A stretch of 64,000 nucleotides of DNA from assembly GCA_934277545.1 (NCBI GenBank), contig CAKQUG010000006.1, forward strand, positions 5,473 to 69,472. Reading direction: 5' to 3'. The position numbers and the translations under genes were made by a program. Source of the DNA: an uncultured Alphaproteobacteria bacterium (GTDB lineage Bacteria; Pseudomonadota; Alphaproteobacteria; RF32; CAG-239). The notes under the pieces are model-generated. The model did not search any database. It was not told the DNA's origin and saw only the letters and a list, made by a program, of their open reading frames with translations. Numbering within the stretch: position 1 is the stretch's first letter; every line of letters begins with the position of its first letter. Below, piece by piece: positions 56,294 to 64,000 of the stretch.

Positions 56294-56905
56294 ATGAAAC
56301 TTATAGAATTTTTAAAAGGAATTCCGGCGCGCTTGCAATGGAATTTATCAAAACTTACCGTTGTTGAATTGATTTATATTGCAGCGATTCCATTCATGAT
56401 GAATTATGCGCGTGCCGAACTTTTTACGGAAGGCGGCTTGGTAGAAAATTTACAGCTTTTGATTTTAGGAATAGCTTTGATTATCGCCCTGCGTTCACCA
56501 AAGGATAAAACTTTATTTACGGCTCTGACACTGGTTATTGTGCTTATGCTTATGCGTGAAACCAATTTAGGGCGTTCCTATTTTTGCGAAAAATATTTAT
56601 CGCCGGATGAAATCTGCCGTTGGAAAAATATGAAATACGGCTTTATAGTCGAACCTCTGCGTAACCTTTACGGCGCGTATATTCTGTATTATATATGGAG
56701 CAAAAAAGTATATCAAACCTTATGGCGCTATATTTTGCAGGCTCCTGTTTTTGTTTGGGATTCTTTCGTTTTAGTCGGTGCGATAATTGCGGCCACCCTT
56801 GCCGAATTTCCGTTTATTGATAACGAAATTTTGGAAGAAAGCAGCGAAATGCTGATGTATATTGCCTTTACCCATCTTATTTGGCGATATTCTCACACCG
56901 ATTAA
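56294..56905 (+). CDS. hypothetical polytopic membrane protein
   Basis: 203-aa ORF with about 5 TM helices. No family recognised. Confidence 0.4.
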   Translation: MKLIEFLKGIPARLQWNLSKLTVVELIYIAAIPFMMNYARAELFTEGGLVENLQLLILGIALIIALRSPKDKTLFTALTLVIVLMLMRETNLGRSYFCEKYLSPDEICRWKNMKYGFIVEPLRNLYGAYILYYIWSKKVYQTLWRYILQAPVFVWDSFVLVGAIIAATLAEFPFIDNEILEESSEMLMYIAFTHLIWRYSHTD

Positions 56906-56925
56906 ACGTGTAAATTTTTGTTACA

Positions 56926-57651
56926 TTAAAAGGAAGTGTTATCCAACAAAAACACTATACCGCAGCGATTAAGCTCGCATTTCTTGCAAAGTTCAGCCAC
57001 CTTAGCTAAACTATAGGGCTGACATCCCATATCTTTTGCATATTCAGTCGGAGCCGCTTTTCCGCAAACCGCATAACCGAAATTTTCATTCCAAACAACC
57101 CAATTACTATTAAAAACCTGCCCCATCTCATACAATTTCTTACAGCAGGCAACTGCGTCTTTTCCCGCCGGCATTTGATGATACACATGCAGCCTTATAC
57201 CATATTTAGCCCAATATCTGGTTAAAATCTGCAATCTGTTGCCAAACAAATCTCTGCGGTTCGCATCCAACATGCCTTGAGGAATCACTCCTGATTCAAT
57301 CAAAGTTCCGGTAATATCCTTAACCGTATCGCCGAATGATTTTTGGTTCATATACATAGCCTGTGTTTCTACAATAACCTGGGTTAAGTTTGCACTCCAC
57401 TTATCCAGTTTATACATACTCATTGCTTTGGAATATCCGGCAATTCCTCCGACTGACAGCACGCCGATAATAGCCAGCACGCCCAGCATTTCAATCATAC
57501 TTCGTCCGCCCTGTATATTGTTACCAACGCCATACTTCGGCACTTCATGCCGTTTAATGGACTGAGACAGTTTCGGAGTATCCATGACTTTGTTGCCAAA
57601 GGCAACGCTTATTAAACGATAGAATACACTATTTTCAAACTTCTTACACAT
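56926..57651 (-). CDS. type IV pilin-like protein, copy D, with a 49-aa leader
   Basis: AAGAGG lies 9 nt before the ATG at 57651. ...NIQGG|RSMIEMLGVLAIIGVLSVGGIAGYSKAM. Confidence 0.65.
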   Translation of the reverse strand: MCKKFENSVFYRLISVAFGNKVMDTPKLSQSIKRHEVPKYGVGNNIQGGRSMIEMLGVLAIIGVLSVGGIAGYSKAMSMYKLDKWSANLTQVIVETQAMYMNQKSFGDTVKDITGTLIESGVIPQGMLDANRRDLFGNRLQILTRYWAKYGIRLHVYHQMPAGKDAVACCKKLYEMGQVFNSNWVVWNENFGYAVCGKAAPTEYAKDMGCQPYSLAKVAELCKKCELNRCGIVFLLDNTSF

Positions 57652-57675
57652 ATTTCCGAACCTCTTAATATACCT

Positions 57676-57700
57676 AAAATAAAAACCCGCACAAAGCGGG
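57676..57700 (-). terminator. short GC hairpin plus U-run directly upstream of the copy D RBS
   Basis: The minus strand reads CCCGC-TTTGT-GCGGG followed by TTTTTATTTT. The stem is only 5 bp. Confidence 0.45.
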
Positions 57701-57708
57701 CGGATGTT

Positions 57709-57846
57709 CAGAAACCGTATATGAGTAAACGGCTCGGCTTATTCAGCACATAGCCACATTTAGCCGACATCCGTCCAACGAACAGAAATCGGCATATAAA
57801 ATTTTAAGTCGCTTATGCTCTGCGACTACTCATATAAGGGGTTCTG
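57709..57846 (-). ncRNA. candidate structured leader RNA (riboswitch-like or sRNA), unclassified
   Basis: An interrupted ~19-bp closing helix (57709-57727 with 57827-57846) encloses three hairpins. It lies between a terminator at 57957-57987 and the terminator at 57676-57700. Confidence 0.3.
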
Positions 57847-57956
57847 ACGCCCTAAAAGCACCATAGTACTTTCAAAAGAAACATTATCGGAAAACATAAA
57901 GGTTGTAAAGAAAAAAATACTTCATCAATAGCAATAAAATTATCACAATAATCTCA

Positions 57957-57987
57957 TACAGAAAAGCCACGCACTTAATACGTGGCT
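57957..57987 (-). terminator. intrinsic terminator of the 58048-58770 gene
   Basis: AGCCACG / CGTGGCT 7-bp stem followed by TTTTC on the minus strand. Confidence 0.55.
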
Positions 57988-58047
57988 CTTAAAGAAATAG
58001 CAATATTTTTCGACCTTTTTAAAATCTAACTTTGTTATATAGACATA

Positions 58048-58770
58048 CTATCTCTCGTTACCCCGTATTGCCAATCTATTAAAATTATTCTGTTTCGAAT
58101 TCATTTGCTTTTGTATATCTTTTGCAGCGTCTTTAATATCTTTTTCCTTTTGTTTTTCCAACGAACTTTTATCCTTTACATGACCACCAATCTGCATCAC
58201 ATCTGGATTAATTTGAAAATATTTTCCGTCTTTTTCAACAAGTCCTAACTTCTGCATATTTTTTTCAGTATTATTCATTAAGTTAGCTGCTTGTAAAGGA
58301 ATGTCCTTACCACAACTCTCTTTAATATCTTCAATAATTTTATTGAAAATTATCACTTTTTTTATTTTTTCAGAAACCACCTTATTTAAGACAGCCTTAT
58401 TAGAGTTAAATGTACCGCCACATTCAAAAACTCTTTTTCCATTTCCGTCATCATCAATTTCATAAATTTTTGGCATTAAATGATGTGTACTCAAACCAAT
58501 ACTCGCCTGAAACTTTACACCATCAGGCGTTAATGCATATTTTATACCTTCTTTAGTCGTTTTCCATTCCGTGTTCTCACTGTCAGCATTACTTTTAACA
58601 TCTATATTGTTTTGCTTACTAAAATCGGAAAATTCTTTTTTGCTTTTTTCCTTAAAGGACGCAAAATTTTCAGCAACACTCTGACCTTTAGCACCTGTAA
58701 CACTAAGTGTTATCAAACCTCCCAGTACTAATTTCTTTTTCATATTATTTAAACGCTCTTTTACATTCAT
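58048..58770 (-). CDS. secreted hypothetical protein, K-rich
   Basis: Signal-like MKKKLVLGGLITLSVTGAKG. No family recognised. Confidence 0.45.
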   Translation of the reverse strand: MNVKERLNNMKKKLVLGGLITLSVTGAKGQSVAENFASFKEKSKKEFSDFSKQNNIDVKSNADSENTEWKTTKEGIKYALTPDGVKFQASIGLSTHHLMPKIYEIDDDGNGKRVFECGGTFNSNKAVLNKVVSEKIKKVIIFNKIIEDIKESCGKDIPLQAANLMNNTEKNMQKLGLVEKDGKYFQINPDVMQIGGHVKDKSSLEKQKEKDIKDAAKDIQKQMNSKQNNFNRLAIRGNER

Positions 58771-58952
58771 TTTTAATTACCTCTGATATTTATATACATA
58801 TATATATACTACAAACTTTTTGTTTATTTGTCAACAATAGAAAGATTTCATATCGACACAATACTCGCCCTTAAAGATAAATACATTAAATTATGCAAAA
58901 AACTCCCTCATTCATTGAACAAGGGAGTTTTTTTTAGCCCAAATAAGTTTTT

Positions 58953-61900
58953 TTATTCAGTTGGTTCTGCATTATTTTCTAATGCTGCATTTCCATCTTC
59001 AGCGGTCTGAGCTTCTCTCATAGCAAGAATTTCCTTGTCATTTTGAGCAGCCACACGGCGCAAAGAACGCAATACATTACCTGTACCGGCAGGAATCAAA
59101 CGACCTACGATTACGTTTTCTTTCAAACCTGTCAATTTATCTACCTTGCCTTCAACAGCAGCTTCGGTCAAGACACGAGTTGTCTCTTGGAATGAAGCGG
59201 CAGAAATAAACGACTTGGTCTGTAATGAAGCCTTAGTGATACCCAGCAAGATTGGATCGGCAACAGCAGGCTGTCCGCCATCTTTAATCACTTTATTGTT
59301 TTCGGTTTCAAATACATCGCGGTCAACTTGTTCTCCAACCAGGAATGTGGTATCGCCCGGAGCGGTGATTTCAACTTTACGCAACATTTGCGAAACAATC
59401 ACTTCAATGTGCTTATCGTTGATGGCCACACCTTGCAGACGATATACGGCTTGAACTTCCTGAACCAAATATTCGGCCAATTTTTCAACGCCCAAAACGC
59501 GCAAAATATCGTGCGGAGCCGGTGTGCCTTCTACCAGCATATCGCCTTTCTTCACAATATCACCGTCTTGAACAACCAAACGGCGTCCCTTAGGAATCAA
59601 GTATTCAACCGGATTTCCTTCTGTCGGAATAACGGTAATACGTTGTTTAGCCTTATAGTCTTTACCGTATTCAACCATACCGTCAATATCTGAAATAACG
59701 GCAGGGTCCTTCGGACGACGGGCCTCAAACAGTTCAGCCACACGCGGCAAACCACCGGTAATATCCTTGGTTTTTGCACTTTCTCTCGGAATACGGGCGA
59801 TAACTTCACCGACTTTAATTTCGTCGCCGTTATCAACATTCAACACCGCGTCAACCGACAAATAATAGCGAACTTCTTTGCCGGAATCCGAAGTTACGGA
59901 ATTGCCGTTTTCATCTTTCAGAACAATGCTCGGTTTCAGGCTGCTATTAGCTGTCGGACCTGTCTGCCAATCAATAACCACCTTAGAGGTAATACCGGTA
60001 ACTTCATCCGTGCTTTCTTTTACGGAAACATTCGGAATAAGGTCAACCAGCTGAGCTCTACCGGCTTTTTCGGAAATTACAGGCACCATGAACGGATCCC
60101 AAACGGCAATTTTTTGACCTTTGGCAACTTCAACGCCTTCCTGTACCAAAACTTCTGCGCCGTACGGAACACGATGGCGTGATTTTTCACGGCCTTGAGC
60201 GTCCTGAATAACCACATCACAGTTACGAGACAAAATAACCAGGTGATTTTCGGCATTGGTAACGGTATGACCGTTTTCAAGTTTCAAAATACCGGCAAAC
60301 GGAACTTCAATACTTGCCTGTTCGGCAGATTTAGAAGCCGCACCACCGATGTGGAACGTACGCAATGTTAATTGGGTACCCGGTTCGCCGATTGACTGAG
60401 CAGCGATAACGCCGACAGCTTCGCCAATGTTAACCGGATTACCGCGAGCCAAATCACGACCGTAACAAGCAGCGCAAACACCGTTTTCGCATTCGCAGGT
60501 CAAAACCGAACGAATCTTAACTTGTTCAACACCGGCTTTTTCAACTTTTTCAACATCGGCTTCGTCAATCAGTTTACCTTTCTTAACCAAAACAATGTTT
60601 GAATCTTCAGGATCCAAAATATCTTCTTGAGCCGTACGCCCCAAAATTCTCTCGCCGATAGTGGCAATCACGTTGTCGCCGTCAACTACCGGACGAACAA
60701 TAATGCCGCGTTCGGTACCGCAGTCGGTTTCAGTAATAACCACATCTTGTCCGACATCTACCAAACGACGGGTTAAGTAACCGGCGTTAGCTGTCTTCAA
60801 AGCGGTATCGGCCAAACCTTTACGGGCACCGTGGGTAGAGTTGAAGTACTCAGACACGGTCAAGCCTTCTTTAAAGTTAGAGATAATCGGTTGTTCGATA
60901 ATTTCACCTGACGGTTTAGCCATCAAACCACGCATACCGGCCAGCTGACGCATTTGTGCGGCACTACCGCGGGCGCCGGAGTCGGCCATCATGAATACTG
61001 AGTTATAATAACCGTGGTCAGCTTTAGAAATATTCTTCATCATTTCATCTGCAACTTTATCGGTGCAGGCAGCCCAAATATCCACCACTTTGTTATATTT
61101 TTCGCCTTTAGTAATCAAACCGTTTTGATATTGCTGTTCAAATTCCTTAACCTGAGCAGAAGTCTCGGCAATCAATTTTTCTTTGGCGGCCGGAACAATC
61201 AAATCATCTTTACCGAACGAAATACCGGACAAGCAAGCATATTTATAACCCATGCTCATAATTTTATCAACCATGATACAGGTTTCTTTGCCGCCGCAAA
61301 CACGATAAACTTCATCAATAATTTGAGAAATTTGCTTTTTCTTCATCAAGCGGTTAACCAATGAGAATGGAACACCCTCTATCAATTTACCGTCTTTTTT
61401 TGGTAAAATATCAGATATAATCAAACGTCCCGGTGTTGTGTCTACAATACCATGGTGCAGTTTTCCATCATCGCCGACATAGTCCATACGGCATTTGATT
61501 TTAGCGTGCATATCCACAACTTTGGCATTCAAAGCCAACATACATTCTTCCGGACTGGCATAGATACTGCCTTGTCCCAACATATCGTCGGCGTCGTATG
61601 ACAAGTAGTAAATACCCAAAACCATATCTTGTGAAGGTACGATAATAGGTTTACCCGAAGCCGGAGATAAAATGTTGTTTGAAGACATCATCAATACGCG
61701 GGCTTCCAATTGCGCTTCAATAGACAACGGAACGTGAACGGCCATTTGGTCACCATCGAAGTCGGCGTTGAACGCTGTACAAGCCAACGGGTGCAAGTGA
61801 ATAGCCTTACCTTCAACCAAAACAGGCTCGTATGCTTGAATACCCAGTCTGTGCAAAGTCGGAGCACGGTTCAGCAATACCGGATGTTCGCGGATAACTT

Positions 61901-63152
61901 CTTCAAGAATATCCCAAACTTCCGGACGTTCTTTTTCTACCATGCGTTTTGCGGCTTTAATGGTTGTGGCCATGCCATACATTTCCAATTTTGCATAAAC
62001 AAAAGGTTTGAACAATTCCAAAGCCATTTTCTTCGGCAAACCGCACTGGTGCATTTTGAGTTCCGGACCGACGGTAATAACCGAACGTCCTGAGTAGTCA
62101 ACACGTTTACCCAACAAGTTTTGACGGAAACGACCCTGCTTACCTTTCAGCATATCTGACAAAGATTTCAACGGGCGTTTGCTTGCACCGGTAATAGCGC
62201 GACCGCGGCGACCGTTATCAAACAAGGCGTCAACAGACTCTTGCAACATACGTTTTTCATTGCGGATAATAATATCCGGAGCATGCAATTCCAACAATCT
62301 CTTCAAACGATTGTTACGGTTAATCACACGACGATATAAATCGTTCAAATCAGAAGTAGCAAAACGACCGCCGTCCAATGGAACCAACGGACGCAAATCA
62401 GGCGGAATAACCGGTAATACAGTCAGAATCATCCATTCCGGCTTAGTATTGGATTCCAAGAAGGCTTCAACCAATTTCAAACGTTTAACCAAGTTTTTAC
62501 GCTTAGCTTCAGAAGTTGTTTCTTTCAATTCAACACGCATGGAAGCACGTTCGGCTTCCAAATCTATATTAGAAAGAATTTCACGCAAAGCCTCGGCACC
62601 GATACCGGCTCTGAATGAATCTTCGCCGTATTGGTCAATAGCATCCTGATATTCGTCTTCGGTCAACAACTGGTTAACAGTTAACGGTGTCAAACCCGGT
62701 TCAATTACCACATAGCTTTCAAAGTACAAAATGCGCTCCAAAGCCTTCATCTGAATTCCGGTTAATACCGAAATACGAGACGGCAGCGACTTCAAAAACC
62801 AAATATGGGCAACCGGTGCAGCCAGTTCAATGTGTCCCATTCTTTCACGGCGCACTTTGGACAAAGTTACTTCCACACCGCACTTTTCGCAGACAATACC
62901 GCGGTATTTCATACGCTTATATTTACCGCACAAACATTCATAGTCTTTTACCGGACCAAAAATGCGCGCGCAGAACAAACCGTCTTTTTCCGGTTTGAAT
63001 GTTCTATAGTTAATGGTTTCAGGCTTTTTAACCTCACCATAAGACCAAGAACGAATTTGTTCAGGAGAAGCAATGGAAATTTTGATTTCGTCAAAATTTT
63101 CTTCCGTAGACGGTTGCTGCTGATTAAACATATTCATTATTTCATTATTCAT
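58953..63152 (-). CDS. rpoC: DNA-directed RNA polymerase subunit beta'
   Basis: 1399 aa. [12 protein letters not shown] catalytic motif and zinc-binding CLCGKYK...C.KCGVEV. GAGGAG RBS. Confidence 0.98.
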   Translation of the reverse strand: MNNEIMNMFNQQQPSTEENFDEIKISIASPEQIRSWSYGEVKKPETINYRTFKPEKDGLFCARIFGPVKDYECLCGKYKRMKYRGIVCEKCGVEVTLSKVRRERMGHIELAAPVAHIWFLKSLPSRISVLTGIQMKALERILYFESYVVIEPGLTPLTVNQLLTEDEYQDAIDQYGEDSFRAGIGAEALREILSNIDLEAERASMRVELKETTSEAKRKNLVKRLKLVEAFLESNTKPEWMILTVLPVIPPDLRPLVPLDGGRFATSDLNDLYRRVINRNNRLKRLLELHAPDIIIRNEKRMLQESVDALFDNGRRGRAITGASKRPLKSLSDMLKGKQGRFRQNLLGKRVDYSGRSVITVGPELKMHQCGLPKKMALELFKPFVYAKLEMYGMATTIKAAKRMVEKERPEVWDILEEVIREHPVLLNRAPTLHRLGIQAYEPVLVEGKAIHLHPLACTAFNADFDGDQMAVHVPLSIEAQLEARVLMMSSNNILSPASGKPIIVPSQDMVLGIYYLSYDADDMLGQGSIYASPEECMLALNAKVVDMHAKIKCRMDYVGDDGKLHHGIVDTTPGRLIISDILPKKDGKLIEGVPFSLVNRLMKKKQISQIIDEVYRVCGGKETCIMVDKIMSMGYKYACLSGISFGKDDLIVPAAKEKLIAETSAQVKEFEQQYQNGLITKGEKYNKVVDIWAACTDKVADEMMKNISKADHGYYNSVFMMADSGARGSAAQMRQLAGMRGLMAKPSGEIIEQPIISNFKEGLTVSEYFNSTHGARKGLADTALKTANAGYLTRRLVDVGQDVVITETDCGTERGIIVRPVVDGDNVIATIGERILGRTAQEDILDPEDSNIVLVKKGKLIDEADVEKVEKAGVEQVKIRSVLTCECENGVCAACYGRDLARGNPVNIGEAVGVIAAQSIGEPGTQLTLRTFHIGGAASKSAEQASIEVPFAGILKLENGHTVTNAENHLVILSRNCDVVIQDAQGREKSRHRVPYGAEVLVQEGVEVAKGQKIAVWDPFMVPVISEKAGRAQLVDLIPNVSVKESTDEVTGITSKVVIDWQTGPTANSSLKPSIVLKDENGNSVTSDSGKEVRYYLSVDAVLNVDNGDEIKVGEVIARIPRESAKTKDITGGLPRVAELFEARRPKDPAVISDIDGMVEYGKDYKAKQRITVIPTEGNPVEYLIPKGRRLVVQDGDIVKKGDMLVEGTPAPHDILRVLGVEKLAEYLVQEVQAVYRLQGVAINDKHIEVIVSQMLRKVEITAPGDTTFLVGEQVDRDVFETENNKVIKDGGQPAVADPILLGITKASLQTKSFISAASFQETTRVLTEAAVEGKVDKLTGLKENVIVGRLIPAGTGNVLRSLRRVAAQNDKEILAMREAQTAEDGNAALENNAEPTE

Positions 63153-63170
63153 TTGTTAAGACTCCTCAGC

Positions 63171-64000
<830 letters not shown>

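Overview
This is a visibly AT-rich chromosomal window. The gene content looks alphaproteobacterial: a CcrM-type GANTC methyltransferase, a short HprK lacking the N-terminal domain, IalB-like and COG3807 SH3 proteins, MlaEF, a Bat (aerotolerance-like) operon, and rpoB-rpoC at the right edge. I support about 60 CDS and 4 tRNAs (Thr-UGU, Asp-GUC, Ser-CGA, Arg-UCU). Three genes are absent from the ORF track. rpmG (L33) and rpmJ (L36) are under 60 aa, and nagZ runs off the left edge.

Positions 1-42 kb and 48-50.5 kb are mostly ordinary housekeeping: cell-wall recycling (nagZ, anmK, ROK kinase), radA, xerC, rlmN, rlmE, prmA, pepP, ettA and cca.

The accessory parts are 42-47.5 kb and 50.5-58 kb. 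They carry four paralogous type IV pilin-like genes with an invariant G|(R/Q)SMIEMLGVLAII block. Each copy has a different candidate switching or regulatory device:
- a (CT)7 tract lying between a good RBS/ATG and the open frame of copy C;
- a conserved ~178-bp module bounded by 22-bp inverted repeats upstream of copies A and B;
- 20-nt long-range inverted repeats inside the leaders of B and C;
- a structured leader ending in an intrinsic terminator upstream of copy D.

I consider this multi-locus, apparently phase-variable pilin-like family the most interesting content of the window.

Other notable items:
- a truncated eptA next to a PmrAB-like two-component system, with a 5-copy heptamer array between them;
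- a 23-aa hydrophobic ORF in a toxin-like transcription unit;
- a single-chain tandem ArsR;
- tandem short Ppx/GppA paralogs;
- a Bat operon without MoxR or DUF58;
- a terminator-containing crcB leader that does not match the fluoride aptamer.

I found no CRISPR array, prophage, IS element or recognisable defence system. All calls come from reading the sequence and from motif recall. No searches were run.
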